The notes beneath the pieces are model-generated. The model was not told the origin of the DNA. It saw only the letters and a program-made list of their open reading frames with translations, and searched no databases. From Myxococcota bacterium (GTDB lineage Bacteria; Myxococcota_A; UBA796; SXON01), in contig JAZKFH010000062.1 in NCBI GenBank assembly GCA_040386535.1, positions 1 through 13,012 of the forward strand: 13,012 bases of DNA, read 5' to 3'. A program made the translations under genes and the position numbers. Positions 1 to 7,349 of the stretch are shown here, piece by piece; the stretch's first letter is position 1, and the number at the start of each line of letters is the position of its first letter.

Positions 1-380
1 GACCGCGGTCCGCCTGGGAGGACCGCAGTCGGCCGATGACCGAGCATCTCTCGACTCCGGTCCGCGGTGCGGGCTTGGCGCTGGCTGGCCGACTGAAGTG
101 GATCACGCCCAGCGCCGAGATGACGCCTTCGGGGCCGCGTCACCTTGGGGGGTAGATACGGTATCTGGGGGCCGAGATGACGCGCTCCGCGGCCAAGTGC
201 GCCCCTCGAGGGGAAGAGGGCCGACACCCCAGGGCTCCCCCCCCGGGCCACGAACGGCGCTACCTCCCACAACTCTCACACCCTCGTCCGGGCCGCGGTC
301 GGCGCCGCGTCCCGGCCGACGATCAGACCACCGTTCGCGCGCCGGGCACCGCGGCCTCGTCGGTCGCCCAAACGACACTC

Positions 381-1022
381 CTACTTCTCGTTCCCCCACA
401 CCTCGGCCACCCGCAGGTCCCGCCCACAGCCCATCCGGTAGGACGTGTACCGGCCGGGGCTCTTGTCGTGGAAGTCCTGGTGGTAGTTCTCGGCCGCCCA
501 GAACGTGTCGAGCGGCAGGATCGGCGTCACGATCGCGCTGGCGAGCACCTTGCGGGAATCGAGCGCCGCCTTGCTCGCGAACGCGGCCTTCTTCTGCGCC
601 TCGTCGGCGGTGTACACGGCGCTCTCGTAGGAGTCGCCGCGGTCGCAGAATTGGCCGCCCACGTCCAACGGATCGATGTGATGCCAGAAATAATCGAGGA
701 CCTGGTCGTAGCTGAGCTTCGAGGTGTCGTACACCACGCGCACCACCTCCTTGTGGCCCGAGGTCTCCGAGGTCACGTCCCCGTAGGTCGGGTTCTTCAC
801 GTGGCCGCCGGCATAGCCGGAGGTGGTGTGGACGATGCCGTCGAGCTTGTCGAAGTCCGACTCCAGGCACCAGAAGCACCCGCCGGCGAACACCGCCACC
901 GCTTGCCCCGGCCCGGCCTTGGGGATCGCGGCGGGGGCCTTCTCGGGGTCGGCGGCCTTGGAGCCCGCGCCGCCCGGCGCGGCGTCCACGGTGCAGGCGA
1001 ACAGGAAGAGCAGGATGGACAT
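381..1022 (-). CDS. msrA: Peptide-methionine (S)-S-oxide reductase MsrA with probable lipoprotein signal peptide (213 aa)
   Basis: Motifs FAGGCFWCLE, TSGYAGG, GGQFCDRGDSY, AENYHQDF and C-terminal GCGRD. ATG at 1022 is preferred over TTG at 1043 because GAGG lies upstream and it gives MSILLFLFAC (lipobox-like LFAC) followed by an Ala/Pro/Lys linker. Confidence 0.96.
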   Translation of the reverse strand: MSILLFLFACTVDAAPGGAGSKAADPEKAPAAIPKAGPGQAVAVFAGGCFWCLESDFDKLDGIVHTTSGYAGGHVKNPTYGDVTSETSGHKEVVRVVYDTSKLSYDQVLDYFWHHIDPLDVGGQFCDRGDSYESAVYTADEAQKKAAFASKAALDSRKVLASAIVTPILPLDTFWAAENYHQDFHDKSPGRYTSYRMGCGRDLRVAEVWGNEK

Positions 1023-1106
1023 CGCGGCTGACCTCGTGGGCAATCTACGCGGTGCGGGGCGGGGAGGATCACCGGCGCGCCGTCACGAAGCGTCGCGGCC
1101 GCGGGG

Positions 1107-1112
1107 TACGAT
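1107..1112 (+). promoter_or_regulatory. Putative -10 hexamer (TACGAT) 6 nt before the SPFH start codon; leaderless-type promoter
   Basis: TANNNT hexamer followed by gccgcc and ATG 1119, with no Shine-Dalgarno sequence in between. Confidence 0.45.
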
Positions 1113-1118
1113 GCCGCC

Positions 1119-2117
1119 ATGACGCCCGACCAGCTCCAGAACATGGCCCAGACCCTCGCCTCCGGCCGCCGCATCGCGGCCCCCTCCACCGAGCACGTGT
1201 CGCTCGGCACCGGCCTGCGGCTCGTGTTCTTCCTCGCGATCTGGGGCGGCGCCACGCTCCTCGGGTTCCTGTTCGGCGGCCTCTTCGGCAATCTCGGCGG
1301 CGGGTTGACCGGCGCCGTCGTCGTCGGCGGGATCGGCTTCCTCGTGGGCGCCTACGTCAGCCGCATCGTCCGCATCGCGGCGCAGTGGGAGCGCGCCGTC
1401 GTCCTGCGCCTCGGCAAGTTCCACAAGCTCTCCGGGCCCGGTGTCATCTTCGTGTTCCCGGTGTTCGACAACGTGCGCTTCGTCGACACGCGGCTGCTCA
1501 CGCTCGACATCCCGCACCAACAGGTCATCACCAAGGACAACGTGCCCGTCATGGTCGACGGCGTGTTGTTCTTCCAGGTCAACGATCCCGAGCGCGCCGT
1601 CATCTCCGTGCAGGACTACCGCTACGCCATCAGCCAGTACGCGCAGGCCAGCCTCCGCGATGTCATCGGCAGCATGTCGCTCGACGCGCTGCTCTCCGAG
1701 CGCGACGAGATCCAGCAGCGCATCGGCGAGGCGGTCGAGGTGCGCGCCAAGGCGTGGGGCATCCACATCGACAGCATCCGCCTGCTCGACATCAACATGC
1801 CCGAGGATCTCAAGCGAATGATGTCGCGGCAGGCCTCGGCCGAGCGCGAGAAGCGCGCCACCATCACCAAGGCCGAGGGCGACCGCGAGGCCGCCGTGAA
1901 CCTCGCGCACGCGGCGGGCACGATGGCGGCGAGCCCCGGCGCCATGCAGCTGCGCACGCTCCAGTCGCTCGACGCGCTGGGCTCCTCCGTGTCCAACACC
2001 GTGGTCCTGGCGGTTCCGATCGAGGTGCTCGAGCTCGCCAAGTCGCTCGGGATGCGCGCGGACGCGGCGGCGGCGAAGCCGGTGACGCCGACGGTGGTGC
2101 CCGAAACAACTGCTTGA
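1119..2117 (+). CDS. SPFH/band-7 (stomatin-like, slipin) membrane protein (332 aa)
   Basis: Two N-terminal hydrophobic segments, then stomatin-family motifs WERAVVLRLG, GPGVIFVFP, QQVITKDNV, AEREKRA and GAMQLRTLQ. Confidence 0.93.
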   Translation: MTPDQLQNMAQTLASGRRIAAPSTEHVSLGTGLRLVFFLAIWGGATLLGFLFGGLFGNLGGGLTGAVVVGGIGFLVGAYVSRIVRIAAQWERAVVLRLGKFHKLSGPGVIFVFPVFDNVRFVDTRLLTLDIPHQQVITKDNVPVMVDGVLFFQVNDPERAVISVQDYRYAISQYAQASLRDVIGSMSLDALLSERDEIQQRIGEAVEVRAKAWGIHIDSIRLLDINMPEDLKRMMSRQASAEREKRATITKAEGDREAAVNLAHAAGTMAASPGAMQLRTLQSLDALGSSVSNTVVLAVPIEVLELAKSLGMRADAAAAKPVTPTVVPETTA

Positions 2118-2170
2118 CGGTGGCGTAATTTCCCGGGTAGCGATGCCCGCAACCGTACCCGGAGCCCACC

Positions 2171-2500
2171 CTGCTGTTTCTCCTCACCCTCCTCGGCTGC
2201 CCCGCCGCGCCCGAATCCGTCACGCTCGACGTGTCGCTGTTCGATTGCGCCGGCCTCTGCTGGAACGACGGCACCCTCGAGCTGCCCGCGGAGCACTGGG
2301 CCGGGTGGGCGGCGGGCGAAGCGTGTGACGACGCCGGCCTGTACCTCACGTACGGAGACGAGTGCGTCGAGACGCGGCAGATCTGTGAGTCGACCTGGGC
2401 CGACGATCCCGCGGTCGGAGACGCCTCGGGCTGCTGCGGCGGGGGCCTCGACATCGAGACGATCAGCGGGGCGCCCAGCTGCGCGGATGCGTCGCGGTAG
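2171..2500 (+). CDS. Small acidic Cys-rich putative lipoprotein (109 aa), probable non-canonical CTG start
   Basis: The 2231..2500 frame extends upstream without a stop to CTG 2171, with GGAG at 2161-2164. This gives (M)LFLLTLLGC|PAAPESV..., with lipobox LLGC and 8 further Cys. An in-frame TAG lies at 2138 and there is no ATG, GTG or TTG between it and the lipobox. Codon usage is GC3-rich. Confidence 0.6.
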   Translation: MLFLLTLLGCPAAPESVTLDVSLFDCAGLCWNDGTLELPAEHWAGWAAGEACDDAGLYLTYGDECVETRQICESTWADDPAVGDASGCCGGGLDIETISGAPSCADASR

Positions 2501-2515
2501 GTTTTTTCAGTCGCC

Positions 2516-2542
2516 TGTCGATCTCGGCGCCCCCCGAACGTC
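2516..2542 (+). promoter_or_regulatory. Putative ECF42-type promoter: TGTCGA (-35) - 17 nt - CGTC (-10)
   Basis: TGTCGA at 2516-2521 and CGTC at 2539-2542, about 45 nt upstream of the DGPF gene. It matches the ECF42 target consensus as I recall it (TGTCGA / CG[A/T]C). Confidence 0.65.
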
Positions 2543-2586
2543 AGGGTACGAACGCAGCGAGCGTTCGCCACCCCGACGGAGACCCC

Positions 2587-2940
2587 ATGCAGTACATGAT
2601 CCTGATCTACGGCAACGAGACCGACGCGCCCTGCCCCACCTCCGAGGAGGAGGGCCTCGCGATGATGAAGCCGTGGATGGACTACACCGACGCGATGAAG
2701 GAGGCCGGCGTCCTCGTGAGCGGCGAGGCGCTTCAGCCCACCCCCACGGCCACGACCGTGCGCGTGCGCGGCGGCGAGACGATGCACACGGACGGCCCCT
2801 TCGCCGAGACCAAGGAGCAGCTCGGCGGGTACTACCTCATCGAGTGCGCCGACCTCGACGAGGCGCTCAAGTGGGCCGCGCGGTGCCCCGGCGCCATCGA
2901 CGGCGCGTGCGAGGTCCGCCCGGTCGTCAAGTTCGATTGA
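2587..2940 (+). CDS. YciI-family (DGPF domain) protein (117 aa)
   Basis: Signature DGPFAETKEQLGGYYLIEC, N-terminal MQYMILIY and C-terminal EVRPV. RBS GGAGA at 2578-2582. Lies directly upstream of an ECF42-type sigma gene. Confidence 0.95.
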   Translation: MQYMILIYGNETDAPCPTSEEEGLAMMKPWMDYTDAMKEAGVLVSGEALQPTPTATTVRVRGGETMHTDGPFAETKEQLGGYYLIECADLDEALKWAARCPGAIDGACEVRPVVKFD

Positions 2941-2957
2941 GGTGCGCCCGCGGGCGG

Positions 2958-2963
2958 TAGGCT
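2958..2963 (+). promoter_or_regulatory. Putative -10 hexamer (TAGGCT) 6 nt before the sigma factor start; possible internal leaderless promoter
   Basis: TANNNT followed by gaaccc and ATG 2970, with no obvious Shine-Dalgarno sequence. Confidence 0.4.
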
Positions 2964-2969
2964 GAACCC

Positions 2970-4202
2970 ATGACCACCCGCGAGCTCGTCGCCATCACCT
3001 TCCGCCGGGAGCACGGCCGCGTCCTGGCCGCGCTCCTGCGCACCCTGCGCGACGTCGAGCTCGCGGAGGACGCGCTGCAGGACGCGCTGATCGCGGCGCT
3101 CGACCGGTGGCCCACCCACGGCGTTCCCCGCAGCCCCACCGCCTGGATCACCACGGTGGCGCGTCGCAAGGCGCTCGACCGCCTGCGCCATCGGCAGCGC
3201 TGGGAGGCCGGCGCCGACGACGTACGCGCCGCCACCGAGCTCACCCGCCTCGTCCACGCCGAGCCGCGCGAGATCCCCGACGAGCGGCTCGAGCTCCTCT
3301 TCACCTGCTGCCACCCCGCGCTCGCGATGGAGGCGCGCGTGGCGCTCACGCTGAGCGCCGTCTGCGGCTTCACCACGGACGAGCTCGCCAGCGCCTTTCT
3401 CGTCCAGGGCCCCACGATGGCGCAGCGGCTGGTCCGCGCCAAGCGCAAGATCCGCGACGCCGGCGTGCCCTACCGCGTCCCCGGTCCGGACGAGCTCCCC
3501 GAGCGCCTCTCGGGCGTGCTCGCCGTCGTCTATCTCGTGTTCAACGAGGGCTACTTCGCCACCGCGGGCGGCGGCCTGCTCCGCACCGAGCTCTGCGAGG
3601 AGGCGCTGCACCTCGCGACCGTCCTCGCGCGGCTCCTCCCCGACGAGCCCGAGGTGCTCGGCCTGCTGGCGCTGCTCCGCCTTCAGCACGCCCGCCGGGC
3701 CGCCCGCACCGACGCGGAAGGGGAGCTCGTGCTCCTCGACGCGCAGGATCGCACGCGCTGGGACGCCGCCGCCATCGCCGAGGGGCTCGAAGTGCTCGAA
3801 CGCGCCGCCGCCCTCCGGCACACCGGGCCCTACCAGCTGCAGGCCGCGATCGCCGCGGTGCACGCCCGCGCCGCGACCGCCGATCAGACCTGCTGGTGGG
3901 CGATCGTGCGGCTCTACGATGGGCTCCTGGCGCTGACGCCCTCGCCGGTCGTGGCGCTCAACCGCGCCGTCGCGGTGGCGATGGCCGAGGGCCCCGCGCG
4001 GGGCCTGGTCCTGCTCGACGAGCTGGACACGCTCGGGGACTACCACCTCTGGCACGCGGCCCGGGCCGACCTCCTCCGCAGGCTCGGGCGGCGCGAGGAG
4101 GCCGAAGCAGCCTACGTCGCCGCGGCGCAGCACACCACGAACGAGGCCGAGCGCCGGTTCTTGGGCCGTCGTCTTGCGGAGGTGCGCGCGGCCTCGGGAT
4201 GA
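2970..4202 (+). CDS. ECF RNA polymerase sigma factor, ECF42 type, with C-terminal TPR-like (DUF6596-type) extension (410 aa)
   Basis: Sigma2 motifs AEDALQDA and [26 protein letters not shown]; sigma4 motif [41 protein letters not shown] and [11 protein letters not shown] in the extension. A DGPF partner gene lies upstream. Confidence 0.94.
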   Translation: MTTRELVAITFRREHGRVLAALLRTLRDVELAEDALQDALIAALDRWPTHGVPRSPTAWITTVARRKALDRLRHRQRWEAGADDVRAATELTRLVHAEPREIPDERLELLFTCCHPALAMEARVALTLSAVCGFTTDELASAFLVQGPTMAQRLVRAKRKIRDAGVPYRVPGPDELPERLSGVLAVVYLVFNEGYFATAGGGLLRTELCEEALHLATVLARLLPDEPEVLGLLALLRLQHARRAARTDAEGELVLLDAQDRTRWDAAAIAEGLEVLERAAALRHTGPYQLQAAIAAVHARAATADQTCWWAIVRLYDGLLALTPSPVVALNRAVAVAMAEGPARGLVLLDELDTLGDYHLWHAARADLLRRLGRREEAEAAYVAAAQHTTNEAERRFLGRRLAEVRAASG

Positions 4203-4244
4203 GGGGGGGCGGGGTGAGGCTGGGCGGGGTGAGGGTGGGCGCCC
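4200..4244 (+). repeat. G-rich imperfect tandem repeat, 3 x 15 bp
   Basis: tgagggggggcgggg / tgaggctgggcgggg / tgagggtgggcgccc, starting at the sigma factor stop codon. Confidence 0.6.
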
Positions 4245-4340
4245 GAGGCCCCCCTCCGCGGTCGCCCTTCGGGCTCCGTCCGCCCGAGGCGGGCGGGACC
4301 GCCGGGCGCGGCGCCCGGCGCGCTCCGGTCGGCCGGGCGC
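4237..4340. repeat. Dispersed 104-bp multi-hairpin (REP-like) element, copy A
   Basis: Direct repeat of 6640-6743 with 5 mismatches and no indels. Contains GCCC-TTCG-GGC, a CCGCC/GGCGG hairpin, GCGGTC/GACCGC pairing and a terminal GCGCCCGGC/GCCGGGCGC stem. Confidence 0.9.
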
Positions 4341-4375
4341 GGGGCACGAGCCGCGAGCGGAGGGCCACCCCTACA

Positions 4376-4425
4376 GCCGGCCATCCGGGAAGGCGTACCT
4401 CGGGTACGTCGAGCGGATGGCCGGC
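4376..4425. other. Strong inverted repeat/hairpin between convergent genes
   Basis: Perfect 12-bp stem GCCGGCCATCCG (4376-4387) / CGGATGGCCGGC (4414-4425) enclosing an inner GCGTACC/GGTACGT stem. There is no U-tract. Confidence 0.7.
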
Positions 4426-4656
4426 GAGGAGGTGGGCATACGCCGCGGATCGGGACCCGCAGCAGGACCGCAATGCACTACGGGCTCCGAGGGTCGGCCG
4501 GGCGCGGGGGGGGCTCGGACGGCGGCTCCGAGGCGTCACCCACCCAACGGTCACACCCAACTGTCCACCGGGCGTGGCGGCGCCGCTCGGGGCGCCGGGA
4601 ACCGCGCCCAACGTTGGTTGCCCAAGGCCCACACTGCTGGGCCGTCGCCGCGCCGA

Positions 4657-4806
4657 GTCTCACAACTCGGGACCTGCCCGTCAGGTGGCGAGTTGCTGGA
4701 CGCCCCGTCTCACAACTCGGGACCTGCCCGTCAGGTGGCGAGTTGCTGGACGCCCCGTCTCACAACTCGGGACCTGCCCGTCAGGTGGCGAGTTGCTGGA
4801 CGCCCC
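4657..4806. repeat. Perfect tandem repeat, 3 x 50 bp, each unit an imperfect palindrome
   Basis: Unit GTCTCACAACTCGGGACCTGCCCGTCAGGTGGCGAGTTGCTGGACGCCCC at 4657, 4707 and 4757. Internal fold CAACTCG-GG-ACCTG-cccgt-CAGGT-GG-CGAGTTG. Confidence 0.97.
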
Positions 4807-4826
4807 CAAGGGCCGCCCGCCCCCTC

Positions 4827-6587
4827 TCACCCCCTCCGCGCCTCGACCTCGCCCCCCGGCCCGCTGAACCGCACCGCGACTGTCTTTCCGGTGGCGTCCC
4901 GCACGAACGTCGCGCGGACCGCCCGGCCCGTGAACAGGTCGTACGCGGCGAGCACGTCGGCGGACTCGGGCGCGAACACGGTCTCGCCGGCGCGGCCGAG
5001 ATCCGCGTCGATCGCCATGATCTTTCCCCCGATCCACCCGTACGCGCCGATGTCGGACCCGCGCTCGAAGCGCAGCCGGAAATACGTCCGCGCGCTCCGG
5101 GGCGAGACCACCGCGGTGCCGAGCACGTCGGTGCCCTGGTAGGGGCCCAGGCGGCCGGACAACTCGTCGATCGCCGCGTCGAACTCGGCTTGCATCCCCG
5201 CGAACGGCAGGCTCGCATGCAGGTTGGTTTGCATCGGGGCGTAGTCCTTGCGCGCCGTCGCGTCGGCCACGACGGCGGTGGTCGCGGAGAGCTCAGCGGC
5301 GAGGCCCTCGTCGGCGGCCGCGCCCGCCAGCAGCGCGATGCCGGCCTGCGAGTCGGCGCTGATCTGGGCGCGCGCACCCTCGACGCGCACCTCCACGTGC
5401 CCGCCCGACGGGAGCGTGTAGGTGCCCGCATGCCCGACGAGCGCGGCGGCATCGACGTCCTGGACGGACGGCGGCTCGGGGTGCGGGTCGCCGCCGAGCA
5501 GCAGGCTCACGTTGTTCACCACCGCGTCGCGGTAGCCGGGGCCCGACGGCCGCCCGTTGGATTCGAAGATGAGCACCATGTCACGCTCGATGTAGATGCG
5601 ACAGTCGGCGTTGTACCCACCGAGATCTCCGGCGTGCCCCACGATGGTCCCCTTGGGTGTGTCGATCACGTTCCATCCGTACCCATGTGACACGTTCGGC
5701 TGCGCCATCGGAATGTGGGCCGTCCACAACTTCTCCCGGGCGGAGGCGGGCAACACGGTGTCCTTGCGCAGCGCCTGCACCCACTTCCACAGGTCGCCCG
5801 GCGTGGTGATGACCGTCCCCGCACCGACCCCGCGGTCCATGCGTCCGAACTCGCGCATCGGCCCCTCGTCGAAGCTTCCGGAATAGCTGTGGGTGGGGGC
5901 GGCGTCCCAACGCGGCTCGCCCATGAAGCCCGTTGCGGTCATCCCGGCGGGCGCGAACAGCTCCTCCGCCACGTATTGTTCGAACGTGCGGCCGGAGGCG
6001 GCCTCGATCACGCCGGCCAGCAGCGAATAGCCGGGGCTCGAGTAGCTGTACCGGGCGCCCGGCGCGAACTCCAGGGGCAAGCGGAGCATCTCGGCGAACA
6101 TCTCGGTCCGCGGCGCCTCGCCCATCATGTCCTGGTCGGTCAGGTAGGGCAGGCCCGACGCGTGCATCAGCACCTGGGCGACCGTGATGCCACGTTTGTC
6201 CGCCGGCGCGTCTGGAAAGAAACGTTCCAGGCGATCATCGACCGAGAGCTTGCCTTGCGATTCGAGCTTCACCACCGCGGCCGCGGTGAACTGCTTCGAC
6301 AGGCTGCCGATCACGAACGGTGTGTCGACCCCGATCGGCACGGCGGCGGCACGGTCCGCGAGCCCGTACCCCTTCTGAAGCACGACCTCGTCCCCCAACG
6401 CGACGAGCATGGACCCCGCCATCCCGTACGCCTCCAGGCGCCGCAGGTAGTCGTCCACCAGCGGCCCGGCCTCCCCGCGCACGATCGGAGCTGCGGCTGC
6501 GACAACGGGCTGCGTGGGCGCATTGTTCCGGGGCGTGTGTGGCGCGCACGCCGCGAGGGCCAGGAACAGGACGAGGGGGATGCGCAC
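4827..6587 (-). CDS. Serine hydrolase, beta-lactamase (class C/AmpC-like, peptidase S12) family lipoprotein with C-terminal extension (586 aa)
   Basis: SxxK motif in FVIGSLSKQFT, LMHASGL, PGARYSYSSPGY (YxS) and GHAGDLGGY. The GTG start at 6587 has AGGAG 5 nt upstream and gives MRIPLVLFLALAAC (lipobox LAAC). The extra 120 codons in the ORF track are translated repeats. Confidence 0.92.
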   Translation of the reverse strand: MRIPLVLFLALAACAPHTPRNNAPTQPVVAAAAPIVRGEAGPLVDDYLRRLEAYGMAGSMLVALGDEVVLQKGYGLADRAAAVPIGVDTPFVIGSLSKQFTAAAVVKLESQGKLSVDDRLERFFPDAPADKRGITVAQVLMHASGLPYLTDQDMMGEAPRTEMFAEMLRLPLEFAPGARYSYSSPGYSLLAGVIEAASGRTFEQYVAEELFAPAGMTATGFMGEPRWDAAPTHSYSGSFDEGPMREFGRMDRGVGAGTVITTPGDLWKWVQALRKDTVLPASAREKLWTAHIPMAQPNVSHGYGWNVIDTPKGTIVGHAGDLGGYNADCRIYIERDMVLIFESNGRPSGPGYRDAVVNNVSLLLGGDPHPEPPSVQDVDAAALVGHAGTYTLPSGGHVEVRVEGARAQISADSQAGIALLAGAAADEGLAAELSATTAVVADATARKDYAPMQTNLHASLPFAGMQAEFDAAIDELSGRLGPYQGTDVLGTAVVSPRSARTYFRLRFERGSDIGAYGWIGGKIMAIDADLGRAGETVFAPESADVLAAYDLFTGRAVRATFVRDATGKTVAVRFSGPGGEVEARRG

Positions 6588-6639
6588 GGATGCTCCTGGC
6601 GGGGGCTTTACACGCGGCAGGGGCGGGTTGGGTTCCCTC

Positions 6640-6743
6640 GGGCGCCCAAGGCCCCCCTGCGCGGTCGCCCTTCGGGCTCCGTCCGCCCGAGGCGGGCGGG
6701 ACCGCCGGTCGCGACGCCCGGCGCGCTGCGGTCGGCCGGGCGC
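6640..6743. repeat. Dispersed 104-bp multi-hairpin (REP-like) element, copy B
   Basis: 99/104 identical to 4237-4340, same orientation, offset 2403 bp. Confidence 0.9.
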
Positions 6744-6778
6744 TGCGCGTCGTGACCCGTGAGGCGTGTGTTTGACCC

Positions 6779-6946
6779 TGGCGGCCACGCGGGCACCCCC
6801 TTTCGGCAAAGGTCCCCCGACCTTGGCCGCGTGGCGGCCATCCGGGCACCCCCTTTCGGCAAAGGTCCCCCGACCTTGTCCGCGTGGTGGCCATCCGGGC
6901 ACCCCCTTTCGGCAAAGGTCCCCCGACCTTGGCCGCGTGGTGGCCA
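6779..6946. repeat. Tandem repeat, about 3.2 x 53 bp, each unit an imperfect palindrome
   Basis: Unit TGGYGGCCATCCGGGCACCCCCTTTCGGCAAAGGTCCCCCGACCTTGGCCGCG starting at 6779, 6832 and 6885, with a partial copy at 6938 and few substitutions. Stems are GCGGCCA/TGGCCGC and CCTTT-cggc-AAAGG. Confidence 0.96.
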
Positions 6947-6979
6947 ATTGCAGCAGACCGCTGCCAAGTTGCGCTGGTT

Positions 6980-7349
6980 CTACAACGTGACCGAGGGGCG
7001 CCCCAATTCGTCACGCCCCAACCACTCCAACACGGACCGGTTGAATTCCTCCGCGGCCTCCACCGTGACCCAGTGGCCCGTGTCGCACCCGACCACGCGG
7101 TTCGCCGGGCGCTTCGCCAGGGTGTCCGCCCACTCCGCGGCGATGAGTTGCAGGGGCTTGCGCCGGCCGTACGCGAAGTACACCGGGCACGTGGGCGCGA
7201 AACGTTTGAGCCGCCAATAGAAGCCGTGCCCGCCGGTGAGTTGATTGAAGTAGGGGTCCATGCCGGCGTGGACGAGCGCGCGTTGGTCCGCCGGGGAACG
7301 CAACACGCGGGCCATGGCGCGGGTCATCGCGCCGCCCGCGCGGCCGCCC
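6980..7349 (-). pseudogene. 5'-truncated duplicate of the alpha/beta hydrolase 3' end
   Basis: 7021-7349 aligns with 9513-9844 (about 91% identity, one 3-bp indel). It encodes MTRAMARVLRSPADQ...DTGHWVTVEAAEEFNRSVLEW but lacks the HGWP and HDWG motifs. The parental stop is out of frame, so it reads on to TAG at 6980. Confidence 0.85.

Noticed and set aside
4376..4425. Rho-independent terminator
   Set aside because: The stem is strong but has no adjacent U-tract on either strand, so it is reported only as a hairpin.
4657..4806. CRISPR array
   Set aside because: The units are contiguous and identical with no unique spacers, and there are no cas genes in the window.
4827..6587. Bona fide antibiotic-resistance beta-lactamase
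   Set aside because: The family motifs are shared with esterases and peptidases. YxS and HAG in place of YxN and KTG, plus the long C-terminal extension, argue against calling it AmpC.
6779..6946. CRISPR array
   Set aside because: Head-to-tail 53-bp units without variable spacers.
6588..6947. 120-aa N-terminal extension of the serine hydrolase (706-aa ORF)
   Set aside because: It is a translation of the 53-bp array and the 104-bp element. The RBS, GTG and lipoprotein signal at 6587 define the likely start.
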